A DNA stretch of 35,482 nt from Desulfobacteraceae bacterium (GCA_050122535.1 JASFIT010000003.1:1-35482), one strand, 5' to 3'; positions 8,382 to 18,698 are shown, numbered from the stretch's first letter. Program-made: numbers and translations. Notes: a model not told the origin generated them from the letters alone.

Positions 8382-9065
8382 ATGAAAATCAGGCATCTTC
8401 ATGTTTGGGATGTTTCATCGCAAGGGGCGATCCAAATTCAGAAGGAACTAAGATCCCGGTTGGATCTTACGGAATTGCCCAGCCCAATTAGGCGTGTAGC
8501 AGGAGCGGACGTCTCATTTTCAAGAAAATCAGGACGCATTTGGGCAGGGGTCGTGGTTTTAAGTTTTCCCGAACTCTCCAGGATTGAAGAGAAATGGGTG
8601 CAGGATAAGGTGAGTTTTCCATACATACCCGGACTCCTGAGCTTCCGTGAGCTTCCCGTTCTTCTCAAGGCCCTAAAACGGCTGAAGACCGTTCCCGAAC
8701 TGATTATTTGCGATGGTCAAGGCATTGCTCATCCAAGGGGATTGGGGCTCGCCTCCCATCTGGGTCTCCTCGTGGACATGGCAACCATCGGTTGTGCAAA
8801 GAGTCGCCTGGTGGGAGAGTTTTCTGAGGTGGAAGAGCAAAAGGGAAGTTCTGCGCCCCTTTGGTATAAGGAGCAGGTGGTGGGAGCCGTTGTTAGAACA
8901 AGGCGGGGCGTAAAGCCCCTATTTATTTCGCCTGGAAATAGGATAACCTTGGATGAATCTGTGAAAATTGTTCTTGCGTGCTGTGGAAAATACAGAATGC
9001 CAGAACCAACCAGGCAGGCGCATCTCCTGGTGAGCGGTCTTAGGCGTCTTCAAGAGGTCTCGTAA
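8382..9065 (+). CDS. nfi: endonuclease V
   Basis: GADVS, FPYIPGLLSFRE, DGQGIAHPR, GCAKS, PEPTRQAH. Confidence 0.97.
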   Translation: MKIRHLHVWDVSSQGAIQIQKELRSRLDLTELPSPIRRVAGADVSFSRKSGRIWAGVVVLSFPELSRIEEKWVQDKVSFPYIPGLLSFRELPVLLKALKRLKTVPELIICDGQGIAHPRGLGLASHLGLLVDMATIGCAKSRLVGEFSEVEEQKGSSAPLWYKEQVVGAVVRTRRGVKPLFISPGNRITLDESVKIVLACCGKYRMPEPTRQAHLLVSGLRRLQEVS

Positions 9066-11439
9066 ACCCACACCCCTTTCTTCGGCATTTGACAACAGAT
9101 CCCGAATCCTTTTTCTGTTTTATAATAAGGACCTGGGTGCCACATTCGGGACAGGTCTCATTGATTGGCTCATCCCACAGGGCGAAGCGACATCGGGGAT
9201 ACTGATCACAACCGTAGAATCTTCTACCCTTCTTGGAGGTCCTCTCTACCAATTTCCCTGGGCAATTCTCCTCCGGACATGGAACATTCGTACTAAAGGG
9301 TTCGGTGTGCCTACAACGAGGATAGTTTTCACAAGCCAAGAATTTTTGGCCAGTACGGCTTTGTCTGACAACCATCATACCCCCGCATTTCTTGCATGAT
9401 ATTTCTGTACGTTTCCCTTCGGGTACGGCCCCTTCACCCTTGACCCATGCTCGAGTTTGTTTGCATTCTGGATAACCAGAGCAAGCGAGGAATGTCCCAA
9501 ACTTTCCGCTTTTTACCACCATGGGTCTGCCACAGACCTCACAGGTGCCCTCCTCCTTGCCGAGATCAGGGCTGCTTTCCACCACGATATTTCCTTTATC
9601 GTCCCGGTTAAAATTGGTCGTATACTTGCACTCAGGGAATCCAGAGCACCCCAAGAAGAGCCCATTCCTCCCCGATTTAATGGCCAAGGGTTTCTTACAT
9701 TCGGGGCAGGGAAGGTCGGTCATCACTTCTCCCTTCATCTTCTTCTTTGCCTGTTCCAGGTCTTTTCCAAAGGAACGGTAGAAACTATCAAGAACCTTAG
9801 TCCACTTGACTTCTCCTCGCTCAATCCTGTCCAGATCGCTCTCCATCTGAGCCGTGAAGGCAATGTCCAGTATCTCAGGGAAGCTCTTCACCAGGAGGTC
9901 GGTTACCAGAAAACCCAATTCAGTGGGCCTGAAACGACCTTTGGTAAGGGTCACGTATTCCCTTTCATGAATGTTGCCCAAAATGGTTGCGTAGGTGGAC
10001 GGCCTTCCAATGCCATTTTCTTCCAGAGCCTTGATCAGACTGGCCTCAGTAAACCTGGGTGGTGGTTGCGTGAAGTGTTGAGCCGGTTCCAATTCTATGA
10101 GTTTTACGGCCTGCCCTTTTTTCAGGGGAGGAATGACGGCCTCTTTGTTTTTGTTCGTCCCTGGCTCGCTTGAGCTTTCCTCGTACAGAGCGGTAAAGCC
10201 TTTGAAAATCACGACAGAACCCGTAGCTCTAAAGACGGCGCGTCCTGCAGCGATGTCGGCTTGGGTCTGCTCCATAACGGCCGGGTTCATCTGACAGGCC
10301 AGAAACCTTTTCCATATCAGTGAGTAAAGGGCTAACTGGTCCTTCGTAAGGTAGGCTGAGACCTCCTCTGGATTGAGGGTAACAGAAGTGGGCCGGATGG
10401 CTTCATGGGCTTCTTGCGCACCCTTGCGACTGCGGAAGGTGTTTGGCTTTTCGGGCAGGTAATCAGGGCCAAACGCCTGATCAATGAATTCCCTCGCTTC
10501 TGAAACGGCATCGCTGGAGAGCCGAAAGGAATCGGTCCTCATATAGGTAATGAGCCCTATTTGTCCCTTTTCACCCAATTCAATCCCTTCATAGAGGTTT
10601 TGGGCAATGGACATGGTCTTTTTTGCAGCAAAGTGCAGTTTCTTATAGGCTTCCTGCTGCAGAAGGCTCGTTGTGAATGGCGGGGGAGCACTCTTCTTCT
10701 TCTTCTTTCTGGCAACCTTCTCCACCCTGAAAGTCTCATTCTGTAACTCGGCAACAACGGCTTGCGTTTGCTCCTCGTTTTTGAGGTCTGCCTTTTCATT
10801 GTTATACTCGAACAGCCTGGCCTTAAAGGGTGGAGGTTCTTCAGTTTGGAGATGGGCGGTCAAGGACCAGTACTCTTGGGGTCGGAAAGCATGAATCTCC
10901 CTCTCTCTGTCGCATATCATCCGCAGGGCTACAGACTGCACTCGACCTGCGCTTAGCCCTCGTCTGACCTTGGACCAAAGAAGGGGGGAAATCTGATAAC
11001 CCACGAGCCTATCCAGAATCCGTCTGGCCTGTTGGGATTCGAACCTATCTTGATTAAGGTTTTGGGGCGAGGAAAGTGCATCTTTAATGGCCTTTCCAGT
11101 GAGCTCATTAAATAGGACCCGAAAAATCTTCTTCTCCCGGCTTCCCAATTCTTGGGCTATATGCCAGGCAATGGCTTCCCCTTCCCTGTCCGGATCGGGT
11201 GCCAGATAGACAGCGTCGGCAACTTTGCTAGCCTTTTTCAGTCCACTGAGGATTTTGCCCTTGCCTTTGATAGTGACATATTCCGGGCTGAAATCGTTTT
11301 CTGTGTCAACACCAAGCCTGCTATTGGGCAGGTCTTTGATGTGACCCACCGAGGCCATGATCTGATAATCGGTTCCCAAGTATTTCTTAAGGGTCCTTGC
11401 CTTGGTGGGTGATTCTACAATGAGTAAATTCTTGGTCAT
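9040..11439 (-). CDS. topA: DNA topoisomerase I (type IA) with five C-terminal Zn ribbons
   Basis: IVESPTKA, DPDREGE, SAGRVQS, ITYMRTD, GIGRPSTY. Confidence 0.99.
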   Translation of the reverse strand: MTKNLLIVESPTKARTLKKYLGTDYQIMASVGHIKDLPNSRLGVDTENDFSPEYVTIKGKGKILSGLKKASKVADAVYLAPDPDREGEAIAWHIAQELGSREKKIFRVLFNELTGKAIKDALSSPQNLNQDRFESQQARRILDRLVGYQISPLLWSKVRRGLSAGRVQSVALRMICDREREIHAFRPQEYWSLTAHLQTEEPPPFKARLFEYNNEKADLKNEEQTQAVVAELQNETFRVEKVARKKKKKSAPPPFTTSLLQQEAYKKLHFAAKKTMSIAQNLYEGIELGEKGQIGLITYMRTDSFRLSSDAVSEAREFIDQAFGPDYLPEKPNTFRSRKGAQEAHEAIRPTSVTLNPEEVSAYLTKDQLALYSLIWKRFLACQMNPAVMEQTQADIAAGRAVFRATGSVVIFKGFTALYEESSSEPGTNKNKEAVIPPLKKGQAVKLIELEPAQHFTQPPPRFTEASLIKALEENGIGRPSTYATILGNIHEREYVTLTKGRFRPTELGFLVTDLLVKSFPEILDIAFTAQMESDLDRIERGEVKWTKVLDSFYRSFGKDLEQAKKKMKGEVMTDLPCPECKKPLAIKSGRNGLFLGCSGFPECKYTTNFNRDDKGNIVVESSPDLGKEEGTCEVCGRPMVVKSGKFGTFLACSGYPECKQTRAWVKGEGAVPEGKRTEISCKKCGGMMVVRQSRTGQKFLACENYPRCRHTEPFSTNVPCPEENCPGKLVERTSKKGRRFYGCDQYPRCRFALWDEPINETCPECGTQVLIIKQKKDSGSVVKCRRKGCGFTRPLEDA

Positions 11440-11454
11440 AGGTTATACCGTAAG

Positions 11455-11514
11455 AAGTGCCTAAAGTGAGCTAAAGTGTCTAAAATGCATAAACTGAGAT
11501 AAAATACCTAAAGT
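11455..11514. repeat. 9-10-bp tandem repeat (AAGTGCCTA/AAGTGAGCTA) between dprA and topA
   Basis: AAGTGCCTA AAGTGAGCTA AAGTGTCTA AAATGCATA AACTGAGATA AAATACCTA; same unit as 23881-24060. Confidence 0.85.
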
Positions 11515-11578
11515 TGCCCCATCGTTCAATTACGAAAGATAACACCGTTTCTTAATCACTCAACCCATTGTGAAGGCA

Positions 11579-12682
11579 CTACCGGACAAACATCTTGCCA
11601 GGAAGTTGCCTGATAACTCCCTTTAGTTCCATTCTCATGAGTATACTTGCAGCTTTACCCGGTGGCAAATCACCCTGCCTACTAATTTGATCTATATGTA
11701 GAGGGTAATCTCCGAGCAGATCGAAGACCGCCTTTTCAGATTCATCCATATGGGGCAGGGGCCCTTCTTTGAATGTATCGGTTTTTGGGGCGAAGTCGTA
11801 GTTCAAGCCCAATTCATCTAGGATGTCATCTGAGTTCTCTATTAGTCTTGCACCTTGCTTGATCAGAAAATGACAACCTCTACTTTTAAATGAGTGGATG
11901 CTTCCTGGAACAGCAAAAACTTCCCGGCCTTGTTCAAGCGCCAGAGAGGCTGTGATCAAAGAACCACTCCTTTTTGTGGCTTCCACAACAACAACACCAT
12001 GAGTAAGCCCGCTAATGATACGGTTACGTATGGGAAAATTTTTCGGCTCAGGGGGTGTCCCAATGGGAAATTCCGAGATCACCGCGCCTTCCCGTATAAT
12101 TTTATCCGCAAGTTTCTTGTTGGATGTAGGATAGGTGATATCTATCCCTGTACCCAAGACGGCAATTGTGAATCCTCTTCCGGCCAGACAACCCCAGTGG
12201 GCAGCGGAGTCTATTCCTATAGCCATACCACTCACAACGCCCAAACCCCTTCTTCCAAGCCCCTGTCCAATTTTCTCAGCGGATTTTATACCATAAGGAG
12301 TGGGATGCCTTGATCCCACCACCCCAATAAAATTTGCCTTTTGAGGGATGTTCTTGCCCTTGAGGTACAAGAGAACCGGCGGATCATGAATTTCTCTGAG
12401 TGCCACGGGATAACCCGGATCAAGAAAGGGAATGATCCTGGCACCACATTCTTCAACACGCTTAAGTTCCTTGCTAGGGTCAGTTGGCAATTTCATGTCT
12501 ACAATATTCCTGGCAACCTCGTTTCGAACGCCCTCCACCCCTGTTAGATCCGAGAGGCTTGCCTGGAATATCTGCTCAGGACTATCAAACTTATCTAATA
12601 AATTCTTGCAGGCGACATTCCCGAGGCCTGGAGTCATTTGCAGGGCAAGCCAACCGCATTTTTCATCAGACCAGATTTTCAT
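11579..12682 (-). CDS. dprA: DNA processing protein DprA/Smf
   Basis: VVGSR, VVSGMAIGIDSAAH, FPIRNRIISGL, SGSLITA, C-terminal winged helix. Confidence 0.97.
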   Translation of the reverse strand: MKIWSDEKCGWLALQMTPGLGNVACKNLLDKFDSPEQIFQASLSDLTGVEGVRNEVARNIVDMKLPTDPSKELKRVEECGARIIPFLDPGYPVALREIHDPPVLLYLKGKNIPQKANFIGVVGSRHPTPYGIKSAEKIGQGLGRRGLGVVSGMAIGIDSAAHWGCLAGRGFTIAVLGTGIDITYPTSNKKLADKIIREGAVISEFPIGTPPEPKNFPIRNRIISGLTHGVVVVEATKRSGSLITASLALEQGREVFAVPGSIHSFKSRGCHFLIKQGARLIENSDDILDELGLNYDFAPKTDTFKEGPLPHMDESEKAVFDLLGDYPLHIDQISRQGDLPPGKAASILMRMELKGVIRQLPGKMFVR

Positions 12683-12831
12683 GATTCTTCAACAGGACGA
12701 ATCCCCTGCCTCTCCCGCATGATAACGGAGGGGGAAGTTCGTATTATCGGGGCAGAATATGGCGGGACAATAAACCAGAGGAGAAAAAAATAGTCAAGCC
12801 CTTTTTCTCAAAGGGCTTTTTGCGGTGGACC

Positions 12832-13968
12832 CTATTCGGTGGGACAGGTGGGTATCGTGGTAAAGATGTCAGGTGTCTCCACCCAGGAGAGCCCCTTGAC
12901 GTAGGTTCCGATGAGAAACTCTTCATTGGCAGAGATCACGACGGCGGTGGATGTATCTGGCCGCGATTCCAAAACCATGATAGTCCCGATCGGTATGTCA
13001 GGCAGAATGATGCTTCGAGGCTTGGATATAAACTCCATCTCTCCTTTTACTGGATCGCGAACTAGGTGTGTTCTCACCACCTCAAATATGTTCCCTCTCC
13101 GGACCCCATCGTTAAAACCATGATCAAGGAAGACGACCCTGTTGGTAGCAACAAGCGTGCGTTGATCCTGAGCCGCAACAATGATTCCAACCAATGGCTC
13201 ATCCAGGGATATGGGTTGCACACACTGTGATATGGGCTCATAAGGAAGGACCATATCACCCACATTCAGTTCCCTAAAGTACTCTTCGATTCTCGCTTGA
13301 TATACACCTTCCTTTTTGTAAAACGCACCACCACCAAAGCCCAAACCCACTTTTTCTTCCACAACCACCCTTCCGAGAACGGAAAGCATGTAGCCGATCT
13401 TTTCCCCGGTTATGGGGTGCTTTATCAAAGGGGAGGACCGACATATGTTGAACTGGTCTCCGGGTTTAACGACTTTTCCACTGTTAAGATGGAGAAAGAT
13501 TGTTTCGCCTTGGGATAGGAGTTGCCGGCCACTTTCAGAGGCGAGGACGAAGCCCCACGGGTCCACTTCCTTTACCGAGAGGTATCCCAGCGCCTGCACG
13601 TTGGTGAGACCAGAGATATCGATACCTTTCATCACAGGTGCGGGCGCGGCTTTGGGTTCCTCTGCTTTCTTGACAGGGATCTCCTTCTCCTCCTCTTCTG
13701 CTTCACGTCTTTTCACAGGAACGCCTTCCAAGAGGGTAACCACATCTCCAGGTTTGAGAAGATGAGGGTTGGTAATAAAAGGGTTCATCTGCCAAAGTTT
13801 TGGCCAGAGATTGGGATCGCCGTAATACGCTTCACAGAGGTCCCATAATGTATCCCCTTTCTGGACAACATGTGTCTGGGGTTGTGCCCAAGTCAAAGAG
13901 GGACTAAAGATGCAAATACCGAAAACTAAGATCAGAGTTACTGGAATAAGCCGTTTTATCCTGCCCAT
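12832..13968 (-). CDS. exported LysM peptidoglycan-binding protein
   Basis: signal peptide; HVVQKGDTLWDL...WPKLWQMNPFITNPHLLKPG; usual position upstream of dprA. Confidence 0.92.
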   Translation of the reverse strand: MGRIKRLIPVTLILVFGICIFSPSLTWAQPQTHVVQKGDTLWDLCEAYYGDPNLWPKLWQMNPFITNPHLLKPGDVVTLLEGVPVKRREAEEEEKEIPVKKAEEPKAAPAPVMKGIDISGLTNVQALGYLSVKEVDPWGFVLASESGRQLLSQGETIFLHLNSGKVVKPGDQFNICRSSPLIKHPITGEKIGYMLSVLGRVVVEEKVGLGFGGGAFYKKEGVYQARIEEYFRELNVGDMVLPYEPISQCVQPISLDEPLVGIIVAAQDQRTLVATNRVVFLDHGFNDGVRRGNIFEVVRTHLVRDPVKGEMEFISKPRSIILPDIPIGTIMVLESRPDTSTAVVISANEEFLIGTYVKGLSWVETPDIFTTIPTCPTE

Positions 13969-14311
13969 ATTTAATACACATCCTAATACACAAAATTTTA
14001 GTTAAGTTTTACTATTTTTACCTCTATTTGTCAAGTAGGTTTAAACCTTATTTAGCTGGACTGAGCAATTTGAAGTGAAAAGGAGTTTAAGGATGTTTAC
14101 GTTAACTGTGGCTTCCCACAAAGCGCATGCAGTCAGTATAGAAATCCATCAGGGTCTTTGCCTCGTCATTCTTTTTAGGGAAACGAGAGTTGGAGGTTGC
14201 CTGATGTGGTTGAGGTGAAATATGGAAATGGGCATGAAATCCCATCTTTAGGATATCGTGCGGAAGGCCAAATATGGATAATATGGGGGCTAAAATAAAG
14301 GGATATAAATT

Positions 14312-14494
14312 TCAGGTTTGGGTAGCCTTTGGATCTTTTTCTCCGATGAAAGCTGAAGGCCCAACGACTATATTGATCCCGTTATCCAATTTTACGATAT
14401 AGAATTCAAAACGGGAGTCTGTCCTCTCGACAATCATGCCTTTGACACCTTTGTATCCCTTTGTCATTACGATCTTGGTTCCTGGTTTGAGCAT
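14312..14494 (-). CDS. small KOW/SH3-like hypothetical protein
   Basis: GAGGAGAGG RBS; LKPGTKIVMTKG...GMIV beta-barrel-like pattern. Confidence 0.65.
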   Translation of the reverse strand: MLKPGTKIVMTKGYKGVKGMIVERTDSRFEFYIVKLDNGINIVVGPSAFIGEKDPKATQT

Positions 14495-14562
14495 ATCACC
14501 TCTCCTCTTCACGCAGGACTAACCACAATACGGAAAATCGGAATCCTAAGTGCCACAATTGA

Positions 14563-15141
14563 TTAGCCTACTTCGCTGGTCTGGCATGAGTTTGGGAAAC
14601 GGTAGATGTAGATGGGGTCCCGGTGGTGGCCAGAGTGAGGGCGCAACACTTGGAATGGACGCCATCCTGGTAAGGGAAAGTTGGAGGATACAACCTTTGC
14701 CCCAGGCCTAAGTTCAGCTTCCAGTTTTTTGGCCAGCCTTTCCATCACATCAGGAAACAGGTAACAGAATACCACGTCTGCATGACTGAGATCTACTTCC
14801 CAGAAGTTCCTCCATCTTATTTGAACGCCTTTGAACCGAAAGCTCCGCACCTTGGCGACGAGATATGCTAAAAGGTTCACTTCAAAACCCATAGCCTTGA
14901 CACCATACCGGTTTCTGGCCTCCCGCAACACCCTTCCGTCTCCGCATCCCAAATCCAGGAAGCACTCTTTTGCGTTCATGGGCAGGGCGTCCAAAAAGGT
15001 TTTAATCCTTATGGGTGGGCTGGGGATGAAAAGCGCCCCCCTGGTCAGAGGAAGTGCCCCTCCAGCAGAGATCAGATAGAGAAATTTGAGAAGAAAAAGG
15101 CCTCCCAGCAGAGAAAGGCATATCCATAGCCAAGGCTCCAT
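14563..15141 (-). CDS. membrane-anchored class I SAM-dependent methyltransferase
   Basis: N-terminal TM; LDLGCGDGR motif I; VVFCYLFP; GGAGG before ATG15141 (alt. start 15159). Confidence 0.88.
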   Translation of the reverse strand: MEPWLWICLSLLGGLFLLKFLYLISAGGALPLTRGALFIPSPPIRIKTFLDALPMNAKECFLDLGCGDGRVLREARNRYGVKAMGFEVNLLAYLVAKVRSFRFKGVQIRWRNFWEVDLSHADVVFCYLFPDVMERLAKKLEAELRPGAKVVSSNFPLPGWRPFQVLRPHSGHHRDPIYIYRFPNSCQTSEVG

Positions 15142-15396
15142 CCCTACCTCCAAAGGCATATATAGCTCAGGTTTCGTTCCCTGTCAAAGCGAGTTCAGCA
15201 GAGGGGATTTCCAGTTTGACGATTGATTTTCGATTCATTATATTTCCAGTTCAAGCGCCTGGAGTCCGTTGTGGATTCTCTGCCAGCAAGTGCCGGGCCC
15301 GTCCTTGTGCCGAACGGGTAGAGGCTGAAGGGTGTTGGCAGGCGGGAAGGTCTTCAAGTACCTTGTGGAATTACCCCCACACGAAAGGTGACCGGT

Positions 15397-16212
15397 ATGA
15401 TCGACATCTCAGCAATTGATTATTCCAAATTTGACAGGCCTGAAATCTTGATGATGCTGTTTCATCCTCGCCCTGAATGGCCCATTTTAGAAGGCGGTGG
15501 GGAAAGCGAAGATATCTTGATTCCCGTGGAGAGGGATGTGGTGGTGGGCGGCAGATTTCACCTTTCAGGGAAATCTAACCCCAACATCATATTTTTTCAT
15601 GGGAACGGGGAAATCGTAGCAGACTATGACGACCTAGGGAGTCTATATGTCCGGAGGGGAATGAACTTCCTGCCGGTGGATTATCGAGGATACGGACGCT
15701 CCACAGGGATACCGACAATAACGAACATGATGCGAGACGCCCATGTGATATTTCACCATGTGTTGAGTTGGCTTTCGGAGAACGGGCATGAGGGACCGCT
15801 CATTGTAATGGGTAGATCCTTGGGCAGTGCCTCTGCCCTGGAGCTTTCTGGATATTATGGGAATCAGATAGATGGTCTCGCTATTGAGAGCGGATTTGCC
15901 CATGTCGGCCCTCTTCTCCAACTCCTCGGCATCGACATGGAGGTTTTAGGACTCCGAGAGGAAGAGGGATTTAGCAACTTGGAAAAGATTCGTGGCTTTG
16001 CCAAACCCACATTAATCATTCATGCGGAGCGAGATCATATTATCCCTTTCGCTGAAGGCCAGGCCCTCTATGAAGCAAGTCCTGCCAGGCAAAAAAGGCT
16101 GCTTATGATTCCCGGTGCCAATCACAATGATATATTCCTGAAGGGCATGGGAGAATACATGGAGGCGGTAGAGGCGTTATCAAATGAGTTAGTTTGCAGG
16201 CGTGAAGGGTAA
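15397..16212 (+). CDS. alpha/beta hydrolase
   Basis: FFHGNGE, DYRGYG, GRSLG nucleophile elbow, D and H (ANHND) of triad. Confidence 0.92.
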   Translation: MIDISAIDYSKFDRPEILMMLFHPRPEWPILEGGGESEDILIPVERDVVVGGRFHLSGKSNPNIIFFHGNGEIVADYDDLGSLYVRRGMNFLPVDYRGYGRSTGIPTITNMMRDAHVIFHHVLSWLSENGHEGPLIVMGRSLGSASALELSGYYGNQIDGLAIESGFAHVGPLLQLLGIDMEVLGLREEEGFSNLEKIRGFAKPTLIIHAERDHIIPFAEGQALYEASPARQKRLLMIPGANHNDIFLKGMGEYMEAVEALSNELVCRREG

Positions 16213-16332
16213 CGTGAAAAGCAAAGTCAAGGGCTTCCTTGACTTTTCCCATTTCGTAATTATTCATTTAGTAATAATATCGCCCCGTTTGGCCTGATTG
16301 GGAATGGCCTGGCGAGAGAAAGGAGTAGAGTC

Positions 16333-16554
16333 ATGGCATATACTTGTAAGAACTGTGGCGCCGTAGCGGAGGAGCCGGGACATTTGTGCAATCCTTGTGG
16401 AGATGCGAGCAAGTGCAGTTTTTGTGGCGCCCCCCAAGTTGATCCCTCCCATATGTGCAAGGATAAACTGGCATCCATGAAATATGTCTGTTCCAGTTGC
16501 GGGAGGGTGGCTATGGAAGAGGGTCACCTTTGTAAACCCTCAGCCATTACCTGA
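16333..16554 (+). CDS. small Cys/His-rich protein with three CxxC-x8-HxC units
   Basis: AAGGAG RBS; CKNC..HLC, CSFC..HMC, CSSC..HLC. Confidence 0.8.
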   Translation: MAYTCKNCGAVAEEPGHLCNPCGDASKCSFCGAPQVDPSHMCKDKLASMKYVCSSCGRVAMEEGHLCKPSAIT

Positions 16555-16569
16555 TGTTTGTTCTAAAAG

Positions 16570-16627
16570 AAAAAAGGCGGTAGGGGAGAGGGCGGTTGCC
16601 CCGGAATGAAACCTGCCGCCTTTTTTT
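16570..16627. terminator. bidirectional terminator
   Basis: AAAAAAGGCGGTAGG / CCTGCCGCCTTTTTTT between convergent genes. Confidence 0.75.
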
Positions 16628-16791
16628 GTGCCTTTTATGGGATGCGTGATGTTTAACTAGCCCATTGCTTTGTATGGGCCATTTTGAATTTTACCCGTGA
16701 CTAAAAAGGCGTATCTCTTTTCTTGTATGCAGCGATAAAAGAAGAAGCAAAGAAATACGCCGATGATAGAGGCTTACAATATAGGACAAAA

Positions 16792-17055
16792 CTATTTGAC
16801 CGATATCTCCATCTCCAAGTCTTTGATATACTGTGCTACCAGAACGCCAAGATAGATGCACACGTTTCCCTCTATACAGGAATCTGCGTCCTTTTTGTCG
16901 AGAAAAGCATGACGTTTATGGTCTCCCTTTTCAAAACTGACTACCCAGGCGTTTTTTCCCTCATCAAATTCAAGTCCTAAGGAAAGACCGAATTTGGTAA
17001 TTTCGGGATACATCTCTAATAGCTTTTTCTCTAGATCATCTTTTGAATAGCCCAT
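16792..17055 (-). CDS. hypothetical protein
   Basis: AAGGGGG RBS; globular-looking 87-aa ORF (MYPEI...DADSCIEG..CIYLG). Confidence 0.7.
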   Translation of the reverse strand: MGYSKDDLEKKLLEMYPEITKFGLSLGLEFDEGKNAWVVSFEKGDHKRHAFLDKKDADSCIEGNVCIYLGVLVAQYIKDLEMEISVK

Positions 17056-17200
17056 CCTGTACCCCCTTTCCAGGCTGCCACTTGGTTTAGCCGCAGTGCC
17101 CCGCATCTGACCGGGACGAAGTGGAGATCAAGTTTCAGCGGGAGCGTTGGGAGCTACACTATGTCCATCTTATTGAGTAGGGGCTTCAAATCCATCGAGT

Positions 17201-17599
17201 TCAGGGCTCATTCCAACCCACTATGTTGCCGCTTTTGTCAAATGAGACAAACCCTCCGTAAATATTCGGGTAATACCAGAGTGTTTTCACGCCCTTGATG
17301 ACTTTAGTGGGTTTACCAAGTATAGACCGAACCTGAGATTGTGACATTCCCATTTCGAGTTTGCGCCAATTCATTTTGTTCTGCCAGCCGTAGTCATCGG
17401 CTGCCCCCTTTTTCCGTGATGCAACGCATTCATTGAGGAGCCCCTCAAGTTCTTCTATTTTTGCCTCAAGTTCCGATATCTTTTGCCGAAGTTGCAAAAT
17501 CTCCTTATCCTGAGCCTGGATAGGCTGAGAGAAGAGGGCAAGGAGGGCGAACAGACCCACCATGCCCCTCATTATCCATAGAAGATTGGATCGTTTCAT
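17201..17599 (-). CDS. exported coiled-coil protein with SmpA/OmlA(BamE)-like C-terminal domain
   Basis: GGAGG RBS, signal peptide, coiled coil, LEMGMSQSQVRSILGKP...WYY. Confidence 0.7.
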   Translation of the reverse strand: MKRSNLLWIMRGMVGLFALLALFSQPIQAQDKEILQLRQKISELEAKIEELEGLLNECVASRKKGAADDYGWQNKMNWRKLEMGMSQSQVRSILGKPTKVIKGVKTLWYYPNIYGGFVSFDKSGNIVGWNEP

Positions 17600-17802
17600 T
17601 TCACCTCCATGTCTCACTCGGAAATTAAGGCCTTTTGGGAGGGATCTCTCGATTTTTCACGAGATGCCCGCCGTCCCCGCCAAAATGGGATTCCCCCTCC
17701 GTTCCGGTCAGGTGCGGGGAGCTTTATTGTAAAGAATTAAGGTGTTTTTTCTTAATTTCAAGGCAAACTATCATAAAAGAATGCTAGGAGCAAGGGATTG
17801 GG

Positions 17803-18047
17803 GCTGTCCCAGATCCACCATCAAGGCATCATCCCTGCTTTCGCAGGGACAGGTTCTGCTGCGCTCGTCCGCCTCCGGTGGATTGCCTTCCCGCCAGAGG
17901 CGGGCAAGTGATCACTCCTCCCCCCAGCCACCCGCCTTCGCAGATGCAGGCTTTGCGGGGGCAGGCTTGCGGCGTATTACTCCCATACGCCTCAGTCCTC
18001 GCTCCTCGGCGCCTTACATCTAATACCTTGCTGGTGATCAGGAATGC
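17803..18047. mobile_element. MITE-like element with nested REP-like palindromes
   Basis: ends homologous to 26941-27080 (opposite orientation); core TGCGGCGTA..TACGCCTCA.TCCTCG shared with 21837-22068. Confidence 0.6.
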
Positions 18048-18161
18048 TACATAATATATTATTTCAGTCTCAATACCCGGTTTAGAGGGTGGATTTGGGG
18101 CTGTGCAAAATTCAGGAGGCAAGCGAATCAGATTTTGCTCCGTGCGAAGGTTTTCACTCCA

Positions 18162-18698
18162 TTAGCGATTAGCGGATTTGTAGGCTGAAATGAATTCATC
18201 CACCAGCTCTCTGAGCCCCTGATGGACATCTGCCACATCGTTACTGTAGCTGATTTCATGTCGTTGCCACGTGATGGCAAAGAATCGGATGGCGGGCTTT
18301 CTCCCCAGAAAGGCCTGTTGGCGCGCTTGGACCACAACAAAGTTAACGTTGAGGCTCGTATCCGCGATTTGTAATTCATCAATAGTTACAGAGATATCCA
18401 AACGGGCGAGAGGATAACTCCCGGTTAATCTGAAGTTGCTATATTGTTTCTCGGATAATAGTTTAATCCCAGCCTTTCTAAGCTGTCTCTCCGTATCTCT
18501 ACGGAATTGGGCAGCGGTGACTCCTTTTTCTTGGGCACCGGGGCCAAGAGGCTCTATCTGCAGATATACGCTCTTTAGGCCCCCGAGAATTGGGCCGAAC
18601 GGTTGTCCATTAGCCGCTAAAGATACAGAACGCGTGTTTATCGAGATTAAGAGAGCCAATATGCCCAAAGCAAATGTGGTACGCTGGTAGACCTTCAT
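18162..18698 (-). CDS. exported hypothetical protein
   Basis: AAGGGGG RBS, signal peptide, 178-aa ORF ending VDEFISAY. Confidence 0.7.
   Translation of the reverse strand: MKVYQRTTFALGILALLISINTRSVSLAANGQPFGPILGGLKSVYLQIEPLGPGAQEKGVTAAQFRRDTERQLRKAGIKLLSEKQYSNFRLTGSYPLARLDISVTIDELQIADTSLNVNFVVVQARQQAFLGRKPAIRFFAITWQRHEISYSNDVADVHQGLRELVDEFISAYKSANR

Noticed and set aside
9457-10173. 238-aa ORF antisense to topA, and other antisense ORFs in the track
   Set aside because: Shadow frames of well-conserved genes
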